From the NCBI RefSeq assembly GCF_036321535.1, contig NC_087436.1, forward strand, positions 79,052,001 through 79,116,000: a stretch of 64,000 nt of DNA, given 5' to 3'. Below the pieces are notes generated by a model that was not told the origin of the DNA, searched no databases, and saw nothing but the letters and a program-made list of their open reading frames with translations. The position numbers were made by a program, and so were the translations under genes. This stretch comes from Camelus dromedarius (lineage: Eukaryota). Positions 14,029 through 28,430 of the stretch are shown piece after piece; within the stretch, counting starts at the first letter, position 1; each line of letters starts with the position of its first letter.

Positions 14029-17000
14029 TACCGGATGAGTTTAAAAAAGGGGGGAGGCTATCTTATATGTACATAAAGAAATATCTATAGATTTACTTTT
14101 AAAAAAAGTGGGAGGAGGGTTATAGATAACAAGGTAACTTGATAATTCCAAATTTGGATGAAGGGTACATAGGGGTTAATTATACTAGTCTGAACTTTCA
14201 AAATATTTTAAATTACTATCATAAAAAAAGTTTTTAATAATATGGCAAGAAAACATCTCAGGTATTCAACCAACATAATTGTAAAGGCATAAAGATAAAA
14301 TCAGTATAGTAATATAGAAAAGAGAATAAATTCTCAGTCATTTATTCTTTCCACTCCTTTATCATGGCCAAGGAGTATTGGTATGAGGAGCTATAGATAT
14401 ACAAGATAAAAATTCAGGCAACAGAATCAACGGACCTACAACCTGCAGTCACCTCAACTCTAACTCTTCCCATCTTATAACAATCAATGTTAAAGTTTAT
14501 TAGGGAAGAGTTCCTTCACTTCAAACTGTACTCACTTGACCATCCCAAACTCTAAGAGCTTCACAGTAAGAGCAAAAGCTATCAACTTCTGAAACTACCA
14601 CCCTAAAACTGTTCTAACCCTCAACTTTCTGATACTGACATTGCTCATATCACTTCTTGCCTGGATATTTGCAAGGCAAATTCAAAATGAGCTTTATGAT
14701 GCATCTCTACCTACCTTGAATCCACCACACAAACACTGCCTAGTAATTTTTTTGCAAACTTCACTTTCATACTTTTATATCTCTTGTTGCTTTAGAAACA
14801 TTCCATGAGTCTTCATTCAATGGCCAAATTAAGTCTAAATTTGCTTTGTTTTGAAAATTATCCATAATCTAACCCTATCTTTACATGTTCCCCACTCCTT
14901 CCAAAGCATTACTAACTCCAATCAGAGTAGTTTACTACACTGTCTTACTGTCCTGTGTCCATCATACATATTTTATCTCTAGTCCTTCTCTCTTATAACT
15001 GACATCCACTCTAATTCAAACCCATAAAAATATCTTAGCCAGGGATGCCCTCTCTGATCATCCCAACTGTAGTTGAATCCCTTTATGTAGGACCTCATGC
15101 CATGTCTTTCCTCAGTTTTGTAATTTTGTAGTTTTGGATATTATTTGATTCATTTCTGCCACATGCCTTCCCAATACTCCATAGACTTTAGGTTCCACTT
15201 TTGTTCACTACTATTTCTTCATAAAGCATGACCCCTAACACGTATTAGGCGTTGCTGAATGATGATTGAAGGAATGTTAGGAATTACCTCTGTCTCTTCA
15301 GTTTCATGTCACCTTGTCTATACCACACAACTTTGCACCTATTTCATTATTCACTATTGTTTTCATTATTCATTATTGTTTTATGTGCATTGAATTTTGT
15401 TCATCCAATCATTGTAAGCTCTTCTGTAGTTTCCACAGCCTCAGCACAGGACACACATGGACCTCAATAAATATTGACAGCCACTTATAAACAGAGAACG
15501 GAAGAGTATCTCTTTATAAGAGGAAACGTTCATTATTGTTCAGGCTCCCACTCTGCTGCCTAACTAATGCCAACTACCTGTGTTAATATAGCACTATTAT
15601 GCTGTATATGGACAATTTCACTACAGACTGCTTACTGCTAACCAAAATCTACATTCTCTTCTGTCTCCTAGGCATACAGTCACATTGTATTTCCCAGGCT
15701 CCCTCGTAATAAGGTAAGGCTACGAGATTAGGTTTTAGCAAGTAAAGTGAACGATGTAACCTGCAGACTTCTAGATCTGGTCCATAAAGCCTCCCATATG
15801 GGCTTTTCCATGTCTTTTCCCTTCCAGTTGGCTGCAGTGGAGATAATGTTCGGGGAGACTGAGAACATCATTCAGTTTATTGTAATTTCTGGCCTATTAT
15901 AAACATTAGCATTTTAAAATAAAACTATCACATTACTTTTTAAAATCCATTCAACGGAATCAAATCAACATAGTGATTTGATACTCACCAGTATATCTAT
16001 TATATTTTTAAAATACAAATAAAGCACTCTTTAGCAGTCAGAAATTTGTATTATTCCTTTTCCTCTGTGAATTGGTGTTTGAATTTCATATCCTCTAAAA
16101 ATGTTACTCTAGTATAATATATAAATGCTTGAAATTCTTTTATCATAATTCTCTGAAAAAAAAGATGTATATAAATTGAAATTTTTAGAACATTATTTCC
16201 TGTTACCCTTATGTAAAGCTCTAAGTGTTAATTTTGCTTCAATTGAGTTAATTATACCATTACTGTATGCACTTAAAACAACAAATATATTATTGATTGT
16301 GACTATTACAATATAAAAAGGTTTTATTTGAATGCATCTCTCAATAAGAAAGGTGATAGGACTCATTTTAAAAGATTACTTTCTGTAGTCATAAATGAAT
16401 ATTACATATGGCTAGACTGAGAGCTCAGAACCAATTCTGTTCCTGTTTGTTTAATAAATATAAACATTGAAAAATATTATTTTCACAAATAAGTATGTAT
16501 GAACAGAAGGGTATTTATTATAATAATATACATTAACACTTGGAATTCCTTCTGAGTTTTATACCAAAAATCACACTGTATTTTACTATCAAAAATTATT
16601 TTTAATGATCTGAAAACTTACTTAAGTCCTCCTTCAAATTAGTAGGAAAAAAATTAGAAACTATCCAAACTGGAAGCAAAACAATTTTTAATACTCTGTA
16701 GTCATTTGTATCTCAATTTGTGGGAAATACATCAATTTTTCTCAAAACCTGTCAAATGATAGGTGCATTGTTTATCCTGATACATTCGGAAACAGGAAAA
16801 AAAATATTCAATTGTTAACTTCCTGACATGATAATAACGTTATTTATCTTAAGAGGTTTTTTTTAGTCAAATAGATGCATGCATTTGAGCTGAAAATATC
16901 CAAATAGTACCTTTAAGATGTGCATATTTCAGTATACATAAATGTTACCTCAAAAGGGAAAAGAAAACTCTCTAGACAAATAGTGAATTCTAGTTAATGG

Positions 17001-17950
17001 TACGCTTGATGAAATATACAAGATATGTGCAACTTACTTTGAAATGCATTTTAAAAATAAAATGTTTAATGGATGGAGGGATGAGTACATAAATGATAAA
17101 GCAACTACAGTAAAATGTTGAATCTAGAATTAAATTACAGAAGCTTTATAGAACTCTACTCAAGCTAGAAGACCCAGAAGTAGGAAGAGTTCAAGAAGTT
17201 ATACTGGTCATAGAAATCAGAGAAGTAAAAAACTTCTCTTAAAGCATTTGTACATAAGCTTATGCTCTGAATTCCTCCCTTGCGAATTAAGTACATTCTG
17301 TGTCCTAAATGACTATGTGATGGATGGTTCAATTACTTACCACAGGCAGGGCAAACGGAAAAGGTCTGTTTGCCAAAAAAAGGCAAAAGAGGAAGAGCAC
17401 TCCCTTGGGTAGGAGAGCAAAACTGACAAGAAGTGGGTGTAGGTGTATTCAAGGATGTCCAGAATAATTTGCATAGACTCTTAAAATTAAAGAGTAGGGT
17501 ACTTTGAAGATGTATTCATGTCTATTATAAGACAGAGAAAAAAAAAGTACCCATCAACATTGCATAAGGTATGACCAGGCCTTACATTTAAGGAATATTT
17601 ACTTACTCTAAAACCAAATTAGTGAGGAAGAAATTTCTAACCCTTGTTTCTTTGATCCAATTTTCTAGGACCCAAGCTCTAGAAACCTTTACATTTTTTG
17701 AACTTAAGCTATCCAACAATTTAATTATCCTGAAGTCTTTCTGATCAGATTTGATACGGATCAACAGCCCAGCTTCTCTCTTTGTGCTATGTCACTTACC
17801 TTTAATAGACTACAGCTTCCCCACCCCAGATGTATATGCTTCAAAATAAAAAGGCCAGATGGCCATTCTAGTGATAAAATGAGAGCCAGACTCAAAGATG
17901 ACCTAGATGTGGCAACCATCAAATAAGGACTTTAAGATAACTATGATTAT

Positions 17951-18180
17951 CTACTGTACAGCACAGGGAACTATATTCAGTGGCTTGTAGTAAACCTATA
18001 ATGAAAAAGAATATGTATGTGTGTGTGTATATATATATTTATATATACACATAACTGAATCACTATGCTGTACACCAGAAACTAACGAAACACTGTAAAT
18101 CAACTGTACTTCAATAAAAAAAGAGAGAAGAAAAAATAAAATAGAATAAAATAAAATAAAATAAAATAAAATAAAAAAAA
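17951..18180 (+). mobile_element. 5'-truncated artiodactyl-type L1 3' end with an (AAAAT)n tail
   Basis: ctactgtacagcacagggaactatattc...cactgtaaatcaactgtacttcaataaaaa. Imperfect target-site duplication ataact(a/g)tgatta at about 17937 and 18181. Confidence 0.85.
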
Positions 18181-18983
18181 ATAACTGTGATTAATATGTT
18201 AACAGACCTAGTTAGTGGGAAAGGAAGACAACAAGCAATGAACAGAGGGGAACTGCAGCAGAGACAGAAACGGTAAAATAGAGCCAAACGGAAAGGCCAG
18301 AAATAGAATAAATATGATTATCAGAGATGGAGAAGTCCTTCAATGGGCCCTTTAGTAGACTCCACATAATTGAGGAAATAATCAATTAATGTGAAGAGAC
18401 CGCAACAGAAATTATCCAAACTGAAACACCAAGAAGAAAAAGTGGGGGAAGAACAACAGAGCAGAGCATCCAAGAGCTGTGGAACTATCTCGGTCTAACA
18501 TTTTTGAAATTGGAGTTCTAGAATGCAGAGAGTGAGGCAGAAGAAAGATGTCAAGAGGTAATGGTCAAAAGTTTTCCAAAAATAAAAGACAATAAATCAC
18601 AGGTCCAAGAAACTTTAAAGTCAAGATAAATACATATTTTAAAAAGAAAAGAACAACAACAAAACACACATCTGGACCCATAATAATCAAACCACAGAAA
18701 TCCAAATATAAAGAGAAAATCTTCACAGCAGCTAGGAAAAAAGATGTTACATACAGAGGAGGGAAAAGACAAAAATTACAGCATTACTTCTCAGCAGAAA
18801 CTATGTAACCTAGAAGTCAATGAAGTGATATTTTTAAAGTACTAAGGAAATCTGTCAACCCAGAATCTTTTACCCAACGAATGTATCTTTCAAAAATAAT
18901 GGCAAAATAAGACTTCTTCAGGCAAACAAAAGCTGAATCTCTTGTCAGCAGATTTTCATTAAAAGAAATATTAAAGTTCTTTA

Positions 18984-19379
18984 AAATACCATATGAGATT
19001 GCTCATATGTGGAATCTAAAAAAAAAAAAAAAAAAAAAAAAAGAATATAAATACAAAACAGACACAAAAACATAGAATACAAACTTGTGGTTGCCAAGGG
19101 GGCAAGGGGTGGGAAGGGACAGACTGGGAGTTTGGAATTTGTAGATACTGACAGGCATATGCAGAATAGATAAACAAGATTATACTGCATAGCACAGGGA
19201 AATATATACAAGATCTTGTGGTAGCTCACAGCGAAAAAAAAAATGTGACAATGAATGTACGTATGTTCATGTATAACTGAAAAATTGTGCTCTACACTGG
19301 AATTTGACACAACATTGTAAGATGACTATAACTCAATAAAAGAAAGAAAGAAAGAAAAAGAAAGAAAGAAAGAAAGAAA

Positions 19380-19443
<64 letters not shown>

Positions 19444-19452
19444 AAAAGAAAG
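18984..19452 (+). mobile_element. Young 5'-truncated L1 3' end with a (GAAA)n tail
   Basis: L1 3' UTR sequence and an AATAAA signal. Perfect 11-bp target-site duplication AAAGTTCTTTA at 18973-18983 and 19453-19463. Confidence 0.9.
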
Positions 19453-19456
19453 AAAG
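19340..19456. repeat. (GAAA)n microsatellite derived from an L1 tail
   Basis: About 115 nt of near-perfect GAAA units. Confidence 0.95.
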
Positions 19457-20278
19457 TTCTTTAGTGAGGAGTTTAATACCAGAGTTTGAGGCCTACACAA
19501 AGAGAGTGTATAGGGTATGACTAAAATGAAATTAGTTACAGGATTTATTTTTCTTATTTTTTAATTGCAACTTTGTGTAAAGCAAAACCAGTAAAATGTA
19601 CTATAGAGTTTATAACATGTAAAAGTAATTTTACTTTACTTAACAATGATAGCACAAAGGGTGGGAGGGAGGAACTGGAGCACTCTATGTAAGCTTCTTA
19701 CCCTACATGAAGTGATACAAATTTGCATGTAGACTGTGATAAGTCAAAGCTGTACATTTGACTCCAGTGCAATCAAAATTAAGAAAAAAATTAAACCATA
19801 ATATGCCAATAGTGGAGATTAAAAACAACCATAAATAATATTCAAATCACCTAAAAGAAGCAGAAAAAGAGTTAAAGAAAGAAAAACAACAGGTGGGAAA
19901 AAGAGAAAATAACTAGTAAGATAGAAGATTTAACAACCAATCATATCAAACTTACTAAAAACGTAAAAGTCTACACATACTGACTTTTTATACTGACCAC
20001 ATATCTAGTCATCTTGCTAAATTTATATATTAATTCTAATAGTTCAATGGCAGATTCTTAAATTTTACATGTATATTATAATGTAATGTGTAAACTGTAA
20101 CACATTTTTACTTTCTTTGGAAGCTCTATAACATTTATTTCTTTTTCTTGCCTTACTGCATGAACTCAGACCTGCAGCAGAATTGAACAGGTGTTGAAAG
20201 TGGGTATCTTTGTTGAACATTCACCATTACATGAAGTTCAATGTATTTATCTTCATTTTCAAATTACAAAAATATCTA

Positions 20279-20362
20279 TTTTTTCTTTTTTTTTAATGGA
20301 AGTAGTAGGGATTGAACCCAGGGACCTCATGCACTCTACCACTGAGCTATACCCACCCTCCC
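20279..20362 (-). mobile_element. tRNA-derived SINE (Vic-1-like), short copy
   Basis: tttttttaatggaagtagtagggattgaacccagggacctcatgcactctaccactgagctatacc, flanked by aatatct direct repeats. Confidence 0.8.
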
Positions 20363-23289
20363 AATATCTTTCTATTTTTACTGTTTCAAGTATTTTTAAC
20401 CAAAATGGAGGCTAGATATTATTAGAATTTTTCTTCATGTATTGAGACTGTCATTATAATTATTCTCCTTTTTCCTACTAATGCTGTGAATTCAATAGAT
20501 ATTTTTTAAACTGTCAAACCGCACTGTATTTCTGAAATGAAACCAAATATGCCATGAAAAAAACAATACTAAAAGGCAAGAATAAGATTACAGGACAAAG
20601 GACACATTAAACGTCAGAAAGTGGAGGATAACAGCATTGCTAAAATATAAAGAAGAAAGTAAACCATGCAAAAACATGTTTTCATTAGTTTAATACTTAT
20701 TTGCATGTCTTATAAATACTTAAGAAAACAAGATTACTTTAGAAAATAAATATAATGGAAGAAATCTGCCCTACAATAAAAGACAACTATAATATCAAGT
20801 AAATTGAGAAAACATTAGCCATGCCCAACTTCCCATAAAGAACCTGGTAACATCAGTTTCAAAGATGGAGGAGAGAGTGAGAATGGCCTGCAAACTGTAA
20901 AGAGAAAAAGCAAGGAAGACACTTACACCCTAGTCCCCACTTCCAGGCTAGATGGCATAAGGGCTGGGGACAGTCATCACTTAAAGAGGTCTGCAGAGGA
21001 AGTAATCAAGAGTTGAGGTTGGGTGGGAAAGGGGACAGAAGATACTGACAACCTTAAAGAGATTAGATGTGGGAAAAGATAGGTAATCTAGGGGTCTGGG
21101 CCTTTTGGTGGTACCCAATATAAATAGGAATAAGTAATGAGAGAAGTCCTGGCAGATTCAAGGCAGATGGTGATCAGATTGTGAGCGCTGACGGGTAGGG
21201 AGGGTGGGTGCTTGAGGATTCCATCTGATCAGTTCTGACTGATGGGAGCAAGGACATCCCCAGCAAATCATTACTTTCCAGTCTTTTTCTTAAGTGACTT
21301 TTCTATGACATCTGAAATTGTAGCTCACCATCACTCTTGAAACCATCTTCCCCACTCACTTTTTTTAGTCTCTCATACTATCTCTCTTATCATTCCTTCT
21401 CTTCCACTAGCTCCTTTTATTCTACTAACTCTTAACATTGGTGGTTCAGTCCTGCTTTTCTTTTCACTGTATACACAACCTCATGCTCCCTGATTGATTT
21501 CATCCTGATGCATAGTTTTAGCCACTGCCCATATTTAGCTTCCTAATGGACATCCTCCTCCAGACAATCAGTGGGTACTTCAGCGTCAAACATCTCCAAG
21601 AACTAAACAATATCTCTCTGCTCAAAAAAGCTATTTCTTCTATATTTCCTCTCTAGTATAAGAGGATAATGGGCTGTTTTCTCCTATCTCAAAATTTGGC
21701 TGAAGTGAAACCCCCAAAACTGAGAACTACAAATGATAAAACTCCATCCATGCCAGAGTTACTAAAAGACAGCATCCCTATCATCCACCTCCTGCCTATT
21801 GAAAACAAAACAAAACAAAACAGATTAGAAATAGAAATGAATTCATAAACACAGAGAATGCTAGCGCTTTGTAGCTCTGTGAGAACAAAGGCATGGGTTC
21901 TCTAAGAAAACCTCTGGGACAGACTGGGTGATAACTATAAAAAGGGAAAGTGACAGCTGAATCTTTGGCTGGCAATGTACTGAGTTAAAGGAACCCTTAG
22001 CCCACTTCGGTCTAGCTGCCAGAAGAACCTGCCATATATCCCCAAGAGTTTAGGGCATATATGAACACAGAAATTGGTCCCAGCCTGGAGAATTCTGAAA
22101 GCATGAGGTTGGATGGACATTCAAAATGGCAGAGCAAGGACACACAGGACAGCAGTTAGGTGGGCTACACTTCTACCACTGGGTGCTACAGGTTTCCCAT
22201 TAGCCAAACAGATGCTGAAGAAGGGCTAACGCATCTTGTTGGCCAAAGACATGTGCCTTCTAGAGTAAGGATACTCAGAAGCAACAGGCTATAGGTGAAC
22301 TACAAGAGGAGAGACAGGAGAAGATTGCCAAAGGTAAGCTGGAGTGTGCACCACACCTACGACAGGGACCTGGGCTACATGGATATACCAATGGGGGCCT
22401 CCAAAAACCATCTAAACATATTAACTCTAAAAGGCCACACTTGAACACCTGCCACACAAAGGGTGCTGGCAGCTGGATTACAACAGTCTCATTCACATAA
22501 AATGTTGCCCTTTCTTTTCAAATCTTCCTTCCAATCAGCAGCCAAAAGCAGAAAGAGGAGAAAGTAAAAGAGTGAAGAAACAGATCATACTCTTCTTCTC
22601 CACCGCAAGGTCCCTGAGACAAGACTGGGTCTGAATTGAGGGGAGGAGCTTTCAACTGGATGTAAGCTTTTGAGTAGACTTTTCATACCTGTGAATTTAA
22701 TCATCAGAGAAAGGTGTTCTTATAGTTTAAAAAGACTTCTTGTGAAGAGGCAGGGAAAGATTCAACATGGCATGGCTAAAGTCAAGGATAAGAGAAAAAT
22801 TAAGCCAGTTCTCATGTGTATGCCATCAGATATAGCCCACATACCAGTCCACAGTGCTCCCATCTATTCTGTTATTCAAGTTAGGAATCGAGGATTCATC
22901 CTAGATTGTCCCCATCCCTGACACTCTGACGTCCAGTCATTATGTCTTAAACCTCTTTTAACTTCTTTCATCTCTTTCCCTAGTCCCTTAGCTACTAGTC
23001 TAGCTCAAATTTGAAGCACTGTAATAATCTAATTTAGCGATTCTCTACCCTGGCCTCCACCTTAGAATTTTAAAACATTAAATCTAATACCTAGGCCCCA
23101 GCCTAGAGACTGATTTAAACGGGATCAGGTAGGGGCCAGCCATTAGCTTTTTCCCAGAAGTCCCCAGGTGCTTCAAAAGTGTGACTAACCTAACTGGTCT
23201 CTCCTAGAATCCAGGATTACCTTCCTGAAAACTATCTTTCATTATGCCACAGAGTCATCTTTTTAAAAATGCAAATTTCACATTATCCT

Positions 23290-23475
23290 AGAGCATTTGT
23301 TTTCAATCTAGGCTACCCTTTAGAATCACTAAGAGAGCTTTAAAAAGAAATCATGATACCAGACCAAAGTCCAGACCAATTAATACAGAGTCTCTGGGGA
23401 TAAGAATTGGCCCTTGTAGTTATTAAAGCTCCACAGGTGATTCCAATGTACAGACAAGGCTGAGAACTACTGTCC
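23290..23475. mobile_element. MER5-type hAT-Charlie DNA transposon relic
   Basis: ttagaatcact...gagctttaaaaa...ctccacaggtgattccaatgtacag...ggctgagaactactg resembles MER5A/B. Confidence 0.7.
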
Positions 23476-24796
23476 TGGAAGAAAATCCTTAAGAGCAACA
23501 AAATCTAAACTTCCCTGAGGGGAATGAGACCATCCACCTAACCTCAGCACCTCAGCTCTCACACTACACCAGCGCAAGGCAGCTCCCTGAAAGGGCCATG
23601 CTTCTACACTTCTATGTGAAGCATTAACTCAACCTGGAAGGCTCCCACACTCACCCACAGCTAAGGCCCAAACCACCTTTAAGATTCAGACCTTTCAAGA
23701 ACAGCATCCTTTGTCATCACTTGAGACCATTATGATTCTGTAGGGCAATTCTTAACACTTAAGTCTAACTTCCCTACTGAACTATCTGAAACTAAAACCT
23801 ATCTTTATGCCTTTATCCCCAGTGCCTATCACTATGCATAACATACAGTAAGCACTCAAGTTATCGGCCGAATTCATTCAAGTAAATAATTATCTGTATT
23901 ATTATGCAGGTAGAATCCCATTTAAACTGTAACAGACATCGTATTTATACATTATATTAAAGTCTCATTAAAACAGAAACCAACAGCTAGTCATTGTTAA
24001 AATGTAAGGTAAACATTTAATGTTTGTTCTACTCACAAACAGTAACAAATTAAAGAAAAATGCAGGTGCAAAGGGCAGCATGTTTCCAGAGTCACAAGGG
24101 TGGCACCTTACAGAATAACGATGCTTCACTTTCCACCTGAATATGTCCTTCGAAACATACTTTTTTCAAAACATTATGCTGGTATAATGACATCTGTATA
24201 TTTTAGGAACTAAGACTATTTACTCGACCTAAAATGATAGGTACCTTGCACCTTAAAGTGAAAACAAATCATGGAAAGCTTTCAAATGCTTTCAATGAAT
24301 TGTGTTGAGCCTAAAAAACTGATGATATGGTTACCAGCATTTGATGGCAATTTCTAGTATTTAGGGTACTCTGTTACCCAGCGAAAGCTCAACTCTCCAT
24401 AAAATCCAGGACAGCTTAAGCATAAGACACCGAATATTTTATTTTTTAAAAAGTTACATTTAACATTTTATATTTATAGAGTCAGTATACATGTGACCGA
24501 CCCAAAAACAAAAATTTTGCATGAACGTTAACTGAAGAGAAACTAAACACCTACACAACGTACCTCATTCAAAAGATCTGTGTTGTACCCACATTTACAC
24601 AGGCTATGGATATCATCTTAGCATGCAAAATGATTTCTATGTTACTATGTGTTTAGAGTAAGTTTTTTTTTTATCTGTCATATATCCTTGATTAACTGCT
24701 TGGGAATATATTAAAACTGAAGTATCTGAAGTGACTAGCAAGAAGATACAGTCATTAACCACAATTCTTGGCATTTGTACCTAATTTTTTTTTTAC

Positions 24797-24939
24797 CTTA
24801 TTTGGCGATTTCAAAGGTGAGATGGCTATTTTATTTGGTGTCTGTGTTGTAGAATTTAAAGTTGATCCAATAACACCACTTTCAGATATTGTTATGGTCT
24901 TTGAAGGAGTCCCGGGAGTAGACTGTGAAAGAACCCTAC
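24797..24939 (-). CDS. LIN54: LIN54 exon 4: (G)[47 protein letters not shown], 143 nt
   Basis: Acceptor ctctcatttgcag|GT completes the split Gly codon from exon 3. Donor AAG|gtaaaa. The peptide has several S/T-P sites of CDK type. Confidence 0.95.
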
Positions 24940-25689
24940 CTGCAAATGAGAGGCAGCACATCAGTTTGACTTTTTTCAATAATAGGATAAAAATGTCTGT
25001 GATGACGACTTACAACCACAAGGACTGCAGTACATATGTTTAGTATTTCATATGTAGCCACGTAAGAACTTAAACACTTAAGAAGGTCCCTAATGAACTG
25101 TGGTGAACCTAGGCAGAAGGAAACAAAACAATGCCTCTTAGTAACATTTAGTATCTTAATACCATTTTATTAAAGTCCACAAAAACACTTCTGCTCACAT
25201 TCTCATCAACACTGTTAAGTTGTATCTACCAGAAAATAGGCTCAGGACAACTAAGCGACGTGTCCTGTGTCACACAGCTCCTCAAAGTCGGGACTTGAAT
25301 CCAAGTCTTAAAACTTTAATCTCTGTTCTCTACTATATCTCAGCTGCCTTCCTGTTTGAACTTAAACCATTCAGGATACAAGCTAAATCCACATTTATAA
25401 AACAAACAGGTATTGGACTAACTTGAACACTTGTCTGGTTTAATGCTATCTGATTTTAGACTGCCCAAAGGAAAAAAAAATTCTTCCAGCTGTCCTGGCC
25501 AGATTCCAGCAGCAAAACTGTGTTCCCTTCTGGAAATACCCTTCAGGAGCAACACACAAAAACTATAGTGTGTCTGGATGGTTTAGGGATTTAGAAATCA
25601 TATCACAAGGAGTTGAAATATTAGGAATTTTTATCCCAGGCAAGCGAGAAATACAAAGACATGACACATCTCCAAATTCCTGAAAGACT

Positions 25690-26105
25690 GTGGTGCCACT
25701 CACCAAATATTCTGGGGCCACCGCCCCCTCTCCCCCATTCTGGGCACATGGTAGAACTCCATGTCCTACCCCTCACCACTCCCTGTGCTTAGATTAGGGC
25801 CACATGACTAGTCCTGGCAAATACATTATGAGCAGAAGTGATGTGTCATTTCTGGGTCAGAATATTTACTGCCAATGCAAGACCTTCCAAAGCTCTGTTT
25901 TCCTCTGCCACGTCTGACATGGTGGCTCCTCTGTCAGCTGAGGTCCTTGAGTGACGATGTTGAGAAGAGTCCCTTTCTAACTCACAACAGACATACAGAT
26001 AACCATGAAGTATAAATAAAAAATAAAATTTGGCTTAAAAGAAAAACTTCTGAGATTTGGAGATTGTTTATTATGGCAGAAAACCAAGATTGTCCTGACT
26101 GATCC
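25690..26105. mobile_element. MLT1-type MaLR LTR
   Basis: ggccacatgactagtcctggcaaat...tgagcagaagtgatgtgtcatttctgg...ctgagatttggagattgttt...tcctgactgat. Confidence 0.7.
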
Positions 26106-27350
26106 AGACTGTCAAGTTGAAGGATGAGAAGCAATCTGTACCCATTAGACGCATAGCACTAACATAACAGAAGAACTTTCAGTTCAGCACCAAGAAAGAA
26201 CTTCTAACAAAAATTTCCAGTTGAAACAACTATTCCAATATGAGTGAGTTTCTATTCACTGAAGGTGTTCCAAGAAGATGGTGGATAATCAAACCCACTG
26301 GCTAAAAAGGAAATTCAAGCACTCAAGAAAAAGAGAAGGCAGATAATCAGATTATCTCTAAAATCCCCTCTAACCTTTTAGATGCTATGATTTAACTGAC
26401 AGATATAATTACACATGAAAGAGGGAATGAGGAAAAGAAAAAGGGAAAAAGAGAAAAAAAGGAAGGGATTTTCTCTTCAAACAAAAATAGAAAACTAGCA
26501 CATAAGTTTCAGGATTTTTTCTGATAACAATGCCACAGTATACATAGTTTGTTTTTTAAAAAGTGAATTAAGTTTTATCTGACATTTATGAATTTTTTAA
26601 AAAATTTAAATATAACTTTTTCAATTTCTTTGTAGTACATGATTACATTTTATACTACTGATAGATCCTTTATTGAATTTCAGTTGAGAATTCTGCTAGG
26701 GTTTTTTTTTTTAGCCTGAATTACATCATAACTAAATAAATCAATTCTATATAAATGAAATGAATCTACATCAAATATTTTCAGAAGGCCACCCTAAAGT
26801 GTTGTACCTGCCTGAAGTAACATATTTGCCTGTTCTGGTCTCCAAAACTAATACCTGTGGGATAAGTGTGAAGTCCCAAGAATCATTATATTAAGAAATT
26901 ACCATTAAAAATACCCTTTCATAAAATGCTCATCATTTATGGTTATTACTGCAATTTCTTATTTGTTAAACATTACTTACATTTCAGAAAACATTCATAC
27001 AAAAAATCCTCAATTCCTGATAACTGATAACAGAAAAAGGCCACTTAAAGTGAATTACACTTAAAACAAGGATAAAAATTTCATTGTTAACAACAAAAAA
27101 ACCCCTAAAACTGAAACTTTTTTTTGCTTATATTTAACAAAAAGTCAGTATAATTACAATTATACTAACTCTTAGGATGAAATGTGCAGTTTAAGGGAGA
27201 GAGGATCTTGTGAAAATTTGTGTGACACCACAATCCCAGGTTCTGTTTGATGGGCGCCACATGATAAAGAAGAGCATTTCTGCCAAAGTATTTCAGGATT
27301 TCACAAATTTTCCCAAGAACCCTCTACATCCTTTATAATTCAAGTTATTC

Positions 27351-27484
27351 CTTTCTAGGGGGTGTTTTAAGATTTTAGGGGGTAATTAGGTTTATTTATT
27401 TACTTGATGGAGGTACTGGGGATTGAACCCAGGACTTTGTGCATGCTAGGCACATGCTCTACCACTGAAAGTTCCTTCCTCCCA
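27351..27484 (-). mobile_element. tRNA-derived SINE (Vic-1-like)
   Basis: ggaggtactggggattgaacccaggactttgtgcatgctaggcacatgctctaccactga. Target-site duplication AAGTTATTC at 27342-27350 and 27485-27493. Confidence 0.85.
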
Positions 27485-28340
27485 AAGTTATTCTTTTTGA
27501 AGGGCCACTTGGTTTTCATCCAGATAGCTTTTCTCCTGATTAATCTAATCTCCAAATCCCTGTTTTTCCTTGGCTCTGCAGAATGTTCAAGAAAGTATAC
27601 AAGTTATACAATTTCACTTTGAAATCAATTTGCAAGGCATTTTACACTCTACTGTCAGGTGTTCTCCAAGAATCAAGAGAGACATAATCCATAAAGCCAC
27701 AGACAGGCCAGGCAGGGAGTTAGCATATCTGAGCCAGGACTAATTCTATAAGAGATTAATTCATTAATGAATATTTTCACACTGATGAAGTCTGCTTTGC
27801 TATAGCAACCTTGTGCCTTGGGAGCTCTGATGATGAGGACCTTTGTACCTCATGTAACCATCTCAAAAGTCATATGAAGTGGCTGATATCAACGTTCCCA
27901 AGAAATAAGTACGATGAACAGACAAGATATTTACCCAAAATCACAAGAAAATCAACAGAAGATCCATGACTAAAACTCAAGTTTCCCAACAGCTCCTCCC
28001 ATACATCACACTGCCTCCATGATAATACCTATTCACTCAACAATACACATTCACTGAATCACATCTATGTGCCAGAAACTGTGCTAGGTATCAGACAGTC
28101 ACAAAAAGCCAGTCATAAAGGACAAACACTGTATGACTTCACTTATGTGGAACAGTCAAACTGATGAGACAGAAGTCTCTGCTAGGGACGGAGGTGAGGA
28201 AGGAATTGGGAAGTTACTGTTTAATGAGTACAGAGATACAGTTTTGCAACATGAAAAACGTCCTGGAGATGGACAGTGTGATGTTTGTACAATGTGAATG
28301 TACTTAATACCACCAAAGAACCCACTTTAAAATGGTTAAA

Positions 28341-28430
28341 GTGGGGTAGGCTTAGCTCAGTGGTAGCGCACATGCTTAGTACTCATGAGGTCCTGGGTTC
28401 GATCCAGTACCTTTGTTAAAAAAAAAAAAA
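28341..28430 (+). mobile_element. tRNA-derived SINE (Vic-1-like) inserted in an L1 3' end (about 28105-28505)
   Basis: A-box-like tagctcagtgg, B-box-like ggttcgatcc and a poly-A tail; AAAATGGTTAAA on both sides. Confidence 0.85.

Larger units (their letters stand above)
17880..19980 (+). mobile_element. Old L1 (ORF1 region) hosting two younger L1 3'-end insertions
   Basis: L1 ORF1-like text (gagcatccaagagctgtgg, gacttcttca, ctgtcaacccagaat) resumes on both sides of each insertion. Confidence 0.7.

Noticed and set aside
28343..28415. tRNA-like sequence with A and B boxes
   Set aside because: Has a poly-A tail, a target-site duplication and several sister copies in the window, so it is a SINE rather than a tRNA gene.
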